From: an uncultured Rivularia sp.
GTDB lineage: Bacteria; Cyanobacteriota; Cyanobacteriia; Cyanobacteriales; Nostocaceae
Assembly: GCA_963665115.1 (NCBI GenBank)
Contig: OY762007.1
Coordinates: 928,001 to 992,000 of the forward strand
Direction of reading: 5' to 3'
Length of the DNA: 64,000 nucleotides
The position numbers and the translations under genes are program-made. The notes below the pieces were generated by a model. That model was not told the origin of the DNA and searched no databases. It was given only the letters and a program-made list of their open reading frames with translations. Of this stretch, positions 1 through 11,191 are shown one piece after another (within the stretch, counting starts at the first letter, position 1; the number at the start of each line of letters is the position of its first letter).

Positions 1-83
1 GACAAGGTGACTTTTGAGATGGGGAAATGGGGAGAAAGTAGTTCATAACTTCTCACTTCTAACCATTAACTCATAATTTCTAA

Positions 84-146
84 TTCCTAACTCCTAACAA
101 CTAACAACTAACAACTAACTACTAACTACTAACTACTAACTACTAA
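84..146. repeat. Heptamer short tandem repeats (STRR; CTAACAA/CTAACTA)
   Basis: Tandem 7-mers visible directly upstream of the first ORF. Confidence 0.85.
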
Positions 147-152
147 TCTTAT

Positions 153-1193
153 ATGTCAGACCCTTTAATTTCAGTAATTATACCGACCTACGGGCGCGAG
201 GAAGCGTTGCGGGATAGCATCGTGGATGTGCTTAAACAAGATTATTCTAATTATGAGGTTTTGGTGGTAGACCAAACTCCGAAGCATCAACCTGAAATTG
301 AAGCTTATTTAGAAGAACAAGCTGATTCAGGTAAAATCCAATGGTATCGTTTGGATTGGGCAAGTTTACCGGGAGCGCGTAATTATGCGGTGCGGCGGTC
401 TGCGGGTGAGATAATTTTATTTATCGATGATGATGTATTGTTAGAACCGGGATTTTTAGCGGCACACGCAAAAAATTATCAAAACCCAGAAATAGGAGCT
501 GTTGGAGGAAGAGTCTTCGACCGCATGAAAATGGAAGATTCGGCTAAAGGTTATACCCAAGGGGAAGGTAATTATACAGAGTTAGAATATCTACCTCCTC
601 AAGCAATGGACCCCGGAGTTGCTTGGTATTATATTGATTTAGTGCATACGACAAAACCCCAGGAAGTTTTAACTGCGAGGGGTTGCAATATGTCTTTCCG
701 TCGCGAATTGTTTACTAAGCACGGATTGCATTTTGATGAAAGATTTCGTGGTAGTGCGGTGCGGGAAGAGTCAGATTTTTGCCTGCACATCCGTAAGACC
801 GGGTATAAAATTTGGTACGACCCAGAAGCGCATTTAGTGCATTTAGGAGAAGAAACGGGTGGTTGCCACGATATCAGTACTCGTTCTACTAAATATCAAT
901 ATACCTTCTATCACAATCATTTCTTACTGGGGTTAAATAACTTAACTGTCAATCAAGCTTTGCGTTTTTACGCTCGTTTGTTTGACTGTCATGTCTTGGG
1001 CAGACCTCCTTGTCACAAAAGCGGCTCTCCGATCAAAGTGTTAACTCGCGGCGTTTTTTATAGCTTAGGCTTTTTGAAGGCTTTAGGAACTAAAATTCAG
1101 TCATTATGGAATGACGGTCAAGTTTATACTCAGCAAGATAAGCAAATTGAAGTTGTAGAAACAAATTCTAGAAAACCTGTTGGAAGTTTCTGA
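153..1193 (+). CDS. hpsN: Family 2 glycosyltransferase, hormogonium polysaccharide HpsN-like
   Basis: ISVIIPTY start, FIDDD (DxD), GCNMSFRR; precedes two GT4 genes as in the Nostoc hpsNOP arrangement (recalled). Confidence 0.75.
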   Translation: MSDPLISVIIPTYGREEALRDSIVDVLKQDYSNYEVLVVDQTPKHQPEIEAYLEEQADSGKIQWYRLDWASLPGARNYAVRRSAGEIILFIDDDVLLEPGFLAAHAKNYQNPEIGAVGGRVFDRMKMEDSAKGYTQGEGNYTELEYLPPQAMDPGVAWYYIDLVHTTKPQEVLTARGCNMSFRRELFTKHGLHFDERFRGSAVREESDFCLHIRKTGYKIWYDPEAHLVHLGEETGGCHDISTRSTKYQYTFYHNHFLLGLNNLTVNQALRFYARLFDCHVLGRPPCHKSGSPIKVLTRGVFYSLGFLKALGTKIQSLWNDGQVYTQQDKQIEVVETNSRKPVGSF

Positions 1194-1412
1194 AAGTATT
1201 GATTATTAAACCTTACTAGACGCAGAGTACACAGAGTCAAGAAAAGCTCTGCTTTTTTAAGTAGGGAACTAGAGAGAAATAAAAAGCCCCCCTTAAAAAA
1301 GGGGGGTTGGGGGGATCTAAATATTTAAGGTTCTAATAAAAATTATTTAAAATTGCCTATTCCCTGTTCCCTATTCCCTACTCCCTTTAAATAAAAATTA
1401 TTCTCTAAAATT

Positions 1413-2585
1413 ATGAAAATACTAGTAGCCAGTCATACATATATAGTAGATTTAAACTGCGAAAAATTACGCGCTCTATCTCGATTGCAGCCAGATATAG
1501 AAGTAACGGTAGTAGTGCCTAAAAAATGGCGACCTGGGGGAGTTCAAAATAAAATTATCGAAACAGAATATCGCGATGAAGGTAATTTTCGCATAGTTCC
1601 GGTTTCTAATTTTAGTCAAAATCATCAAGGTTTACTTACTTTCGGTAGCGATTTAATAAATTTATTAGGAAAGTTTCGTCCTAACATTATTCATGTAGAA
1701 CAAGGTTCTAGAGGGTTGGCTTATGCACAAATGATTACTTTAAATGCATTTTTGGGACTTAAAGCAAAAAATGTCTTCTTTACCTGGTGGAATTTACCAT
1801 ATAATTTAAAATTTCCTGTTTCGGTATTAGAAAATTACAATCTTGATAACAGTCACGGAATTATTTCTGGAAACCAAGATGGTGCAGAAATATTGCGCGA
1901 TAGAGGATATGAAGGACCAATTAAAGTAATGCCGCAACTGGGTGTAGATGAAACTTTATTTACACCAAAATCTCAACCAGAATTAGCAAGCAAAGTTGGT
2001 CTTGAACCTGATGATTTTGTAATTGGTTTTGTCGGACGCTTTGTACCTGAAAAAGGTATCATGACGCTTTTAGATGCTTTAGTAAAAATCAAAGATAAAT
2101 CTTGGAAATTCTTGCTTTTGGGAAGAGGAGAGTTAAAAGAAGAAATATTGCAGAAAGCTGAAGAGAAAGGAATTAAAGACAGAATTATATTAATTGAAAG
2201 CGTTCCCCACGATCAAGTTGCAGACTATATAAATCTGATGAGTACTTTGATATTGCCATCAGAAACAACTTATAAATTTAAAACCTTAACTTCCGTTGGT
2301 TGGAAAGAACAATTTGGTCACGTAATCATTGAAGCAATGGCTTGTAAAGTACCCGTAATTGGTTCCGACTCCGGCGAAATTCCCCACGTAATTGGCGATG
2401 CGGGATTGATATTTCCAGAAGGTAATGCTGAAGAATTAGCCAATCGCTTGGAACAGTTAATAGACAACCCCGATTTAACCGAAAATCTCGCTCAAATGGG
2501 TTATGCAAAAGCAATGGCACAGTATACGAATATTGCTTTAGCCAAACAGCAATTGGAATTTTATCAAGAATTGGTTAGTGGGTAG
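1413..2585 (+). CDS. hpsO: Family 4 glycosyltransferase, HpsO-like
   Basis: GFVGRFVPEKG and EQFGHVIIEAMACKVPVI (Ex7E) GT-B motifs; gene order. Confidence 0.75.
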   Translation: MKILVASHTYIVDLNCEKLRALSRLQPDIEVTVVVPKKWRPGGVQNKIIETEYRDEGNFRIVPVSNFSQNHQGLLTFGSDLINLLGKFRPNIIHVEQGSRGLAYAQMITLNAFLGLKAKNVFFTWWNLPYNLKFPVSVLENYNLDNSHGIISGNQDGAEILRDRGYEGPIKVMPQLGVDETLFTPKSQPELASKVGLEPDDFVIGFVGRFVPEKGIMTLLDALVKIKDKSWKFLLLGRGELKEEILQKAEEKGIKDRIILIESVPHDQVADYINLMSTLILPSETTYKFKTLTSVGWKEQFGHVIIEAMACKVPVIGSDSGEIPHVIGDAGLIFPEGNAEELANRLEQLIDNPDLTENLAQMGYAKAMAQYTNIALAKQQLEFYQELVSG

Positions 2586-2602
2586 TTGTTAGTAGTGCGA
2601 GC

Positions 2603-2754
2603 ATCTTGCTCGCTAGAAATATAACAATATCTTGCTCGCTAGAAATATAACAATATCTTGCTCGCTGGAAATATAATAATATCTTGCTCGCTAGAAATAT
2701 AATAATATCTTGTTCGCTGTAAATATAATAATATCTTGCTCGCTGGAAATATAA
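2603..2754. repeat. Tandem array of a 26-bp unit ATCTTGCTCGCTAGAAATATAACAAT, six copies
   Basis: Units start at 2603, 2629, 2655, 2681, 2707 and 2733 (last partial); no spacers. Confidence 0.9.
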
Positions 2755-2961
2755 GAACCGGAGCATCTAAATTATTTAAAGAAAAACTAGGGAGCAAGAT
2801 TTAAAGAAAAACTAGGGAGCAAGATGCTCCCACTACATATTTTTATGAAAGCTAAAAATATTATCAAAACAATTAGCAACTATAGCAGCTTTAAAAGAGT
2901 GCGTTATGCTCTGCGACAACACACCCTACAACTAACAACTAACCACTAACAACTAACAACT

Positions 2962-4147
2962 ATGAAAGTATTACAAATCGTTCCTTCAATTTCTCTAATT
3001 TACGGTGGCCCCCAGTCAAATGGTTTTGGGACTTGCACCTGCTCTAGCACGTCAAGGTGTAAAAGTTACCATTCTCACAACTGATAGTAATGGTGATACG
3101 GGACAAAAACCTTTGGATGTTCCGCTAAATTCTCCTATCGAACAAGATGGTTATGAAATTATTTATTTTAAATGTTCGCCGTTTCGTCGCTATAAGTTTT
3201 CTGTTGATTTATTGAAGTGGTTAAATAATCATGCTCATGAATACGATTTAGCTCATATTCATGCTTTATTTTCTCCTGTTAGTAGTACCGCTGCTGCTGT
3301 TTGTCGTGCTAAAAAACTACCTTATATTTTACGTCCTTTAGGAACTCTCGATCCAGCAGATTTAAGCAAGAAAAAGCAGTTAAAACAACTTTATGCAGCA
3401 GGTTTAGAACGTCCTAACATCGCAAAAGCTGCGGCAATTCACTTTACCAGCGAACAAGAAGCGAAAGTTTCTCATCGATTTGGGGTGACTACCAGAGATT
3501 TGGTAATTCCCCTTGGTGTGAAGGAAATGCAGGAATGTAGAGACGTTAAATTTAACCTCTCCAGTAAATTTGATATTCCCGACAACGTACCAAAAGTATT
3601 ATTTATGTCGCGAATTGACCCCAAAAAGGGATTAGATTTATTAATTCCGGCTTTAGAAAAACTTTTAAGTGAAGGGTTAGATTTTCATTTTGTTTTAGCT
3701 GGAACCAACCCTCAAGATCCTAGTTACGAACAAAAAATAGAGTCGCAAATTCAAGCTTCGCCTTTAGATAAACATACTACCATTACTGGTTTTGTTACCG
3801 GGGAATTAAAATCAGCTTTACTTGAATCAGCCGATTTATTCGTTCTACCTTCCTATTATGAAAACTTTGGTATTGCTGTAGCTGAAGCGATGGTAGCAGG
3901 AATCCCGGTAGTAATTTCAGACCAAGTGCATATTCATCAAGGAATTAGCGGTAGCGAATCTGGATGGGTAGGTACAACAAATACCTTGGGAATTGCAGAT
4001 TTAATCCGAGAAGCCTTGAAATATCCAGAAGAAAGACAGCGTAGGGGTTTGCTGGCAAGGAAATATGCATTATTGAACTATAGTTGGGATGCGATCGCGC
4101 AAAAAATAGTTGAGGCTTATCAAGATATTATTAAGGTCAAAGGTTAA
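2962..4147 (+). CDS. hpsP: Family 4 glycosyltransferase, HpsP-like, with a +1 C frameshift at 3009-3013 (probable sequencing error)
   Basis: ATG 2962 gives MKVLQIVPSISLIYGGP; removing one C joins it to SQMVLGLA... of ORF 3005..4147; ENFGIAVAEAM GT4 motif. Confidence 0.75.
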
Positions 4148-4401
4148 AGGTTAAAGGTAAGGAGTTAGGAGTGAGTAGTGAGTAGTTAGGAGTTAAGAAT
4201 TTTATTTCTACCTTGTCTCCTTGTCTCCCCTTCTCCCCATCTCCCCCTCTACCCTCTTCCCCATCTCCCCATTCCCTGTTCCCTAAAATACTTACATTAA
4301 GTTAGATATATGTTTAAATTAATTATCGGAAAGTTTAACAAAATATTTGTATACCAAAAAGTAAGCTGAAATAACGCGGTTTTAATAAAAGGAAATTGAT
4401 C

Positions 4402-5415
4402 ATGAGGAATAAATATAAGAGACAGCAGGTAGAGTCGAATCCACGGCGCTGGCTTTTAGAGATTTTATTCCCAGATAAAAAGTTTGATGGGCAATTTCAG
4501 AATCCTGGTACGGAAAAGATTTTTGATTTTGATGATGTGATGGCAATTGATAATCCAATTGCTTTTATTACTCAAGAAGTCGCTTATTACCCAGAAGGTG
4601 ACGATCGCGAATTATTTGCAGTGTTTATTCCTGGATTGGGGCAACCTGAAGAAATATCTTCAAAGAGAAGTAGGAGATATGCACAGACTTTAAATACTGG
4701 GGTTGCGAATCTGAATAATTCTTCTTTTCTCAAACAAAATCCTCTTTTTAAGTTTGTTAATCAATATTTAGATTGGATAGATGCTGCTATACATCGCATC
4801 GGTTTAGCTGGAAGTCCTGCAATTAGAAATACTGCGATTTTAATACTTCATGCGATAGAAAACGATAAGCCTGTTAATTTTTCAGGGGATAGTCATGGAA
4901 CAATTTTGTTAGCTCGCGCTATTAATCGTGCTAAAAGAAAGTTTGTTGGAAAACACGCAGCTTTTTGGAATTTTAAAGCGCGAAAAATTCAAGAAAAAAG
5001 ATGGGAAAATCGTACAGATCAACTAATTAATGTTTTTGCTTTTGGCAACAGCTATCAAAGATGGGTGAAAGGACCAAAATATATCATGGTATCAATTAAA
5101 GGTGATATAGTACCGGAAAAATTTGGCATGAATCGCAACATAGCCAATAAGCAAGGAAGAGACGATATCAAATTTATTATATTTGAGCGGATATTTGATA
5201 AAGGCAGTTTTGAAGCTCACAACATGATGTTTACAACCGAACTTTTGAGACAAACTTTTATTAAAAACAATATTACAATTGGTGATTTCGCTGGTTTATA
5301 TCATCAATTGAAAATGAGTAGTTTGAAACTTGTCACACTAAAAGAAGTTTCTTGGCCAGATGATATGGAAGATTATGTCTGGAATGAAGAAAGTCTTAAG
5401 GCAATTAGGAGTTAG
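4402..5415 (+). CDS. Hypothetical protein, possible alpha/beta-hydrolase fold
   Basis: Long ORF; GDSHG resembles a GxSxG nucleophile elbow, followed by GDIVP and EAHN. Confidence 0.55.
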   Translation: MRNKYKRQQVESNPRRWLLEILFPDKKFDGQFQNPGTEKIFDFDDVMAIDNPIAFITQEVAYYPEGDDRELFAVFIPGLGQPEEISSKRSRRYAQTLNTGVANLNNSSFLKQNPLFKFVNQYLDWIDAAIHRIGLAGSPAIRNTAILILHAIENDKPVNFSGDSHGTILLARAINRAKRKFVGKHAAFWNFKARKIQEKRWENRTDQLINVFAFGNSYQRWVKGPKYIMVSIKGDIVPEKFGMNRNIANKQGRDDIKFIIFERIFDKGSFEAHNMMFTTELLRQTFIKNNITIGDFAGLYHQLKMSSLKLVTLKEVSWPDDMEDYVWNEESLKAIRS

Positions 5416-5427
5416 GAGTTAGGCATT

Positions 5428-6072
5428 TTAATATGACTCCGATTTTTCAAGTTTAAATTTACCGCTTTTTTCTAATCCTTTCCAGTTGCTAGGTAAATTA
5501 GGTCCAACTATGTGAAATGGAGGATTTCCTTCGAGAATATGATATACAGCATATTTAGTTTTGGTGAAGTACATTCTGACGGGCAGGGATGCCCATCCCA
5601 CAAGACTTTCGGAATATAGCTTTGTACCTCATTTAGCTGCAAAGGGCTGTATATGTCTGGGATTTGATGAAAATCTACCGCAACATATTAATGCAACTGT
5701 AGTTAATTCTCCGTTCTCAGACTCTACGGTTACATTTATCCACTCTGGAATTTTACCTTCTATCCAAATTAAATTTACTACTTCTGCGGGAGTCTCAAAT
5801 TCATAAATTTCATCTTCCCAATCTCTTGTAATTCTTAATTCACCTTCTCTCATAACACTACAAATATGGTCATTAGAGCAATTTAGATAAACCTTAAATT
5901 GAATTCGATGGGGTAAATTATTAGTTACATATTGTTGAGTAAAGTCTCTTGCTCTATCTGCTGCTGTAATAAGACTATTTTCAAAATTATCTGGACTAAA
6001 ATCTAAGTTTTCATATACTTCATCATCAATTGGATTAACTTTAATTCCCTCAGCACTATATTTACTACTCAT
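5428..6072 (-). pseudogene. Hypothetical gene interrupted by a MITE (about 179 aa when restored)
   Basis: Removing 5547-5649 plus one TA restores ...NPRHIYHILEGNPPFHIVGPNLPSNWKGLEKSGKFKLEKSESY-stop. Confidence 0.8.
5545..5651. mobile_element. MITE, 103 bp, flanked by a TA target duplication
   Basis: TA|CAGC...TGAAGTACA left end and TGTACCTCA...GCTG|TA right end form an imperfect 29-bp inverted repeat. Confidence 0.8.
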
Positions 6073-6135
6073 TATTACAGAAAATTATTATATATCTATT
6101 TTACCAATCCCCAATCCCCAATCCCCCATGCCCAA

Positions 6136-7254
6136 TTAGTTAGCTCTCTCCCACAATCTTTGAATTTCACCAAAAATCTTTGTATCTGGTGGTGCCGATT
6201 TTTTTACTGACAGATTAACTTCAGCACCGGGAATATTTTGATTCCAAGGGCTATTCGGAACGGTTTTTAAGTCTACTGAATTATTTGCGGGACGAAAACC
6301 ATACTGTACAAAGACTGCTTGTTGTTCTTTTTCTGTTAAGAAACCAAGGAATTTTTGAGCAGCATTTGCGGTTCCTCCGTCAACATTACGTTTTACTATT
6401 GCAGCGGTAGAAATTGTTTCAATTGTGGGGTTAAGATAATAAATTTGATAGGGTTTTCCTTGAGTTTTACGAGCTTGTTCCCAACGATGTAATGCTATGC
6501 TTTCATAAACTGTTGCGACATCGGCATCATTAGCACCTTTGGCAATGAATTCTTCTAATAAGATATCGGTAGAGCGTGGAGGTTGATAAACTGAACGTTT
6601 TACTAAACCAAATAATGATTCGACAGCGGTATTATTGAAAGTTGAACTGTTAAGCTTAGCACCAGCTTTTGATTGCGCCCATAAACTCATAGTTAATTGT
6701 CCGCTATTGGAACGAGTTGGGTTAGTGGTAACAAAATCAAAGCTTCCCCAATCGCTTGCTCCACCAACTCCACTCCAGTTAGCCGATTGCATGGCTTTTT
6801 CTACTCTATCCCAATTAAAACGTCCGTCGGGGAAAAGCACTTTACCTCTTTCTTGCCAAGCTATTCCTACTAATATTGTTTTGGCTATTGGTTGGGGTTT
6901 GTCGTAAAAAGGATTATCGGAATTAGTCGCTTGATAACGATTGGATAATTCTGTTAATTTCTCTCCGTTAGCTGGGATTAAGATAGTTGGGGTAAAGTCG
7001 TTTTGGTTGTCGATAAATTTATTAACTATCTCTTGAGAACCCTGGAATTTTAACTCTATTTTGATGTTCGGATTTTCTTGTTCAAATTGAGTTTCTAACT
7101 GTTTGAGAGGTTCTTGTAATTCCGAACCGCTGACGATGATTACTGTTTGCTGTAAACCGGGAATGGGAGCGTAAGCTAATCCTAATGAGGCTAGGATTAT
7201 TCCCAAGGAAGTAATCGTGCGGTTTCTTTTTTTGGTTTGAGATTTATTGTTCAT
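6136..7254 (-). CDS. Extracellular substrate-binding domain protein
   Basis: N-terminal hydrophobic anchor; SGSEL, PTRSNSG, VYES and YGFRP motifs of SBP-like proteins. Confidence 0.75.
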   Translation of the reverse strand: MNNKSQTKKRNRTITSLGIILASLGLAYAPIPGLQQTVIIVSGSELQEPLKQLETQFEQENPNIKIELKFQGSQEIVNKFIDNQNDFTPTILIPANGEKLTELSNRYQATNSDNPFYDKPQPIAKTILVGIAWQERGKVLFPDGRFNWDRVEKAMQSANWSGVGGASDWGSFDFVTTNPTRSNSGQLTMSLWAQSKAGAKLNSSTFNNTAVESLFGLVKRSVYQPPRSTDILLEEFIAKGANDADVATVYESIALHRWEQARKTQGKPYQIYYLNPTIETISTAAIVKRNVDGGTANAAQKFLGFLTEKEQQAVFVQYGFRPANNSVDLKTVPNSPWNQNIPGAEVNLSVKKSAPPDTKIFGEIQRLWERAN

Positions 7255-7327
7255 AGGAATATCAAATAATCAGAACTGATAAATTTGTTTGTAATTATGA
7301 GGGATAAAGCCCCAACTACGAACTCGA

Positions 7328-9053
7328 TCAAAATTCAAGCTGTAAATTCGACATTAATTTTGAAATACTTTCTGGATCTCCTTTAGAATAATAACCACCG
7401 TTTAATTCAGCGATTGTCTTAAGTGCTTCGGGATTAAATTCTCGTTCATCTCCGTAACCAACTGTAAAAAATGCAATCCGTTTCTCGCTATTAAAACCAC
7501 TTTTTTGCAGTTCTTGTTTTAGCTGTTCTAAAGATGTTTCTGAAGTAGTATCGTCTCCATCTGTTAATATCAAAACTGCATTAATTGCATTCGGACGAAG
7601 ATTTTCTCCCAACCAGTTACGAGCGCTAATCGCTGCATCGTAAAGTCGAGTTCCACCTCCTGCTTCTAAACTACCGATAAACTGCATTCCTTTATCTCTT
7701 CCTTCGGGAGTTCCGTTTACTAATACGGGAGGACGAATTTCTTTGTCAAAATCAATTAAGGCAATTTGCTCTTTCGGCCCTAAACTATTAATATATGTCT
7801 GCAAAGTTCTCTGTACAGCAGGTAATTTTTCTCCCTCCATCGAACCCGAAGAATCAACTACTACAACTACTAAAGATGGCTTCTTAGCGACTTCCTGCCA
7901 GGATTTGAGCATTACTTCGACAACTTCTGGTTTTGGAGGTCGTAACGAATCATACTTCGCTTGGGGATTCACGCCAAATTCCGGTGAAAACTTTGCACCT
8001 AAAGGAATTCCGGGAATTCCTGGACGCAAACCCAAGTCAGTGGCGATTTTTTGCACTTGTGGCGATCGCAAGTAATCGATGAATTTTTCTGCTGCTGCTT
8101 TTTCATCGGTGTTTACCCAAGGTGCTTTAGGTAAAATGGCCCGCATATTTGAGGTGAATGTAGCTTTGGGATACACTGCTTGATAGCTTTGCTGTCCCGG
8201 CTGTAAGTGAGAATTTGCATCAATTACGCTTGATTCGTACACAGAGCCTACCGAAGCCCAGAATTGACCATTTTTGACCATCGACTTTGCTAAGGAACTT
8301 GTAGAAGTACCGTAACGAGTAATCTTAGTTTGAATCTGTTGAACCTGGGACTCAAATTTCTGGACATCAGCAGCCGTCATAGTTTCGGGGACGTTTACCT
8401 GATACGCTCGCAAACTGCGTGACTAAAGTTTGCAATCCTGAATTAGAACGAGTTGGGGCAGTATGAACGTAGTTTACTGGTAATAAAGGTGCTGAGGGGT
8501 CAATATCGCGATGATTTTTGGCGCTAACCAAAGCCTTGTAAGGATTATCAACTTTTTGTAGTCCTTTAGCAATATCCGCTTGCGCCATCAAAACCATTGG
8601 TGAATTAGCTAGTAAAGGGGATTCGGTAATTTCGGGAATATAATTTTGTCCGGGAAACAGTTGATTCATCTGGTAAATCAACCGACTTTGATAAATCTCA
8701 CCATCCACAGAAACAATCGTGGGAAATTCTGGTGATGATTCTTGTAAAGTACCATCTTTAAATTGAGTCGCCAGAGTTACTAATTTGCTAACAACATCAC
8801 CACTTCCCGCAGCTTCGCATTCCACCCGAAAAGCCTTACCATCATCTAACTGCGGTTTTGTAGCGTTGAAATCTTTTGCTGCTTGCTCGCAAAACTTTTC
8901 TAGAGCGCTGCCAACCAGGAATTTTATTTTTAAGCCATTGAAATTATCTAAATTATTTGTAGAATTATTTCCCCCACCGTCGCAAGCAGTCAGTAACAAG
9001 ATGCTGACAACTGTTGCAACATAAGCAACCAAGCGACGACATTTTAAAATCAT
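7328..9053 (-). CDS. Lipoprotein with substrate-binding domain and C-terminal vWA domain, split by a +1 frameshift at 8387-8390
   Basis: LTAC lipobox; removing one base gives SGKRPETMTAADVQ and joins ORFs 8367..9053 and 7328..8413; MIDAS DSSGS and LTDG. Confidence 0.8.
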
Positions 9054-9370
9054 GAATTTCTCCCAGTAAAGAATTAGTGTATTTGGGACTATGTATTATT
9101 TTTCTAGCAACAAGCATCTATATATATATCGGAGCAATGCGATTAATTTACGAGAATTATCGAAGAAGGAGTTAGGAGTTAGGAATTAGGAGTTAGGAGT
9201 TATCAATGCCCAATTACCCATTACCAATCCCCCATGCCCAATCCCCAATCCCCAATTAATTACATTTACGTTTTGTTTCAATCTGCTAAAACCGAATCCG
9301 AGAACCCGGTAATATGTGATGACTGCTTTTTTTAACACGCAAAACTTTCGGACTATCAGGTAATCTTCAT

Positions 9371-10009
9371 ATGGCTCTACGTCTCGGTGATACAGTTCCA
9401 AACTTTACTCAAGCTTCTAGTGAAGGAGAAATTGATTTTTACAAGTGGGCTGGGGATAGCTGGGTAGTGCTGTTTTCCCACCCTGCTGACTATACTCCCG
9501 TTTGCACTACTGAATTGGGTACCGTTGCCAAGTTAAAGCCGGAATTTGACAAGCGCAATGTTAAGACTATTGCTCTTAGCGTTGACGATACTGAATCTCA
9601 CAAGGGTTGGATTGGAGATATTGAGGAAACTCAAAGTACTAAGCTAAATTATCCAATTTTGGCCGACGATGATAAAAAGGTTTCTGACCTTTATGATATG
9701 ATTCACCCGAATGCTAACGCTAAGGTAACTGTGCGGACGGTGTTTATCATCGATCCAGATAAAAAATTACGTTTGAGTTTAACTTATCCTCCCAGCACCG
9801 GACGTAATTTTGATGAAATTTTACGGGTAATTGATTCTTTGCAATTGACTGATAATTACAGCGTTGCAACTCCTGCTGACTGGAAAGATGGCGATGATTG
9901 CGTTATTGTCCCCACTCTAAAAGATCCAGAAGTTCTCAAGGAGAAGTTTCCTAAAGGATATGAAGTGGTTAAGCCTTATTTGCGGATGACTCCTCAGCCT
10001 AATAAATAA
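9371..10009 (+). CDS. 1-Cys peroxiredoxin (Prx6 type)
   Basis: FSHPADYTPVCTTELG active-site motif. Confidence 0.95.
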   Translation: MALRLGDTVPNFTQASSEGEIDFYKWAGDSWVVLFSHPADYTPVCTTELGTVAKLKPEFDKRNVKTIALSVDDTESHKGWIGDIEETQSTKLNYPILADDDKKVSDLYDMIHPNANAKVTVRTVFIIDPDKKLRLSLTYPPSTGRNFDEILRVIDSLQLTDNYSVATPADWKDGDDCVIVPTLKDPEVLKEKFPKGYEVVKPYLRMTPQPNK

Positions 10010-10040
10010 TTTGTTGTTGAATTATCAATAATGTATTAAA

Positions 10041-10187
10041 TGTAGAGACGTAGCATTGCTACGTCTCTGTTATTTGGGTAAAAAACGAATTAATTTGATT
10101 TTGTTTGACTGGATTATCACAATGGGGAGTGGAAATATCCCGATACAACCATAAATACTGGGAGACGTAGCACTGCTACGTCTCTAC
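10041..10187. repeat. Pair of GTAGAGACGTAGCA-TGCTACGTCTCTAC palindromic dispersed repeats
   Basis: Copies near 10041 and 10161; related copies at 3536, 19001, 19264 and 46888. Confidence 0.8.
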
Positions 10188-10304
10188 ACATATGTGGGTT
10201 ATCAAGGAAATTATTTGTTAAATAAATTTATTTATAAAAATTCCCCGTTCCCTTTTAACAAAATTGTCGTTCAAAATAGGAAATATAAGTCTAAGTAAAT
10301 AAAT

Positions 10305-10883
10305 ATGATGCTCTCGTCTCCTTTACTTTTACAATTTCCTTCATCAATGACAGATGAGCAGTTTTTTGAATTCTGTCAGATGAATCGCGATTTACGCATC
10401 GAACGCAATCAATATGGAGAAATATCTATTATGCCACCTACAGGTTCGGAAACTGGCAATCGTAATTTTAATATAGCTGGACAGTTATGGGTTTGGTCTG
10501 AAAAAGACGGTACTGGTATTTGCTTTGATTCAAGTACGGGATTTAAGTTGTCTACTGGTGCAGAACGTTCTCCCGATGCTTCTTGGATAACATTAGAACG
10601 CTGGAATAGTTTGTCGGCAGAAGAAAAACAAAGCTTTGCTCCTATATGTCCCAATTTTGTAATTGAATTAAGGTCAAGAACTGACAATCTTAAGCCTTTG
10701 CAGGAAAAGATGGAAGAATATATGCAGGAGCCTGGAATTCAATTAGGCTGGTTAATTGACCGTAAGAATAGAAGGGTTTACGTTTATCGTCCGCAATCGA
10801 TGGAATGTTTGGAAAATCCGGATACCGTTAGTGGTGAAGATGTATTACCGGGTTTTGTGTTGAATATGAGTAAGGTTTGGTGA
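10305..10883 (+). CDS. Uma2 family (PD-(D/E)xK-like) putative endonuclease
   Basis: RSPDASW, PNFVIELRS and LGWLID motifs. Confidence 0.9.
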   Translation: MMLSSPLLLQFPSSMTDEQFFEFCQMNRDLRIERNQYGEISIMPPTGSETGNRNFNIAGQLWVWSEKDGTGICFDSSTGFKLSTGAERSPDASWITLERWNSLSAEEKQSFAPICPNFVIELRSRTDNLKPLQEKMEEYMQEPGIQLGWLIDRKNRRVYVYRPQSMECLENPDTVSGEDVLPGFVLNMSKVW

Positions 10884-11191
10884 AACAGTTATCAGTGAGC
10901 AGTGAGCAGTGAGCAGTGAGCAGTTAATTATAATGGTTCTTCAATAGTCAGTATTTGAAAGATGGGAAAAGGTTCTGAAAATTTCTTCTGTTGCCTGTTC
11001 CCCATTCCCCATTCCCCGTTGCCTTTTTCTACAATATTTTTTCTTAGAAGATTAATCAACATCTAGAATTGTTCATTATTATATGAATAATTGATTTTTT
11101 TATTAAAAATAAAAGTTAAAAATAAAAAGTAATTTAAATTTTATGGCGATTTAAGTAGATTAGTTGACTTGAAAGAATTAGGGATTAGCGA

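Noticed and set aside
2603..2754. Possible CRISPR array
   Set aside because: Units are contiguous with no unique spacers, and there are no cas genes in the window.
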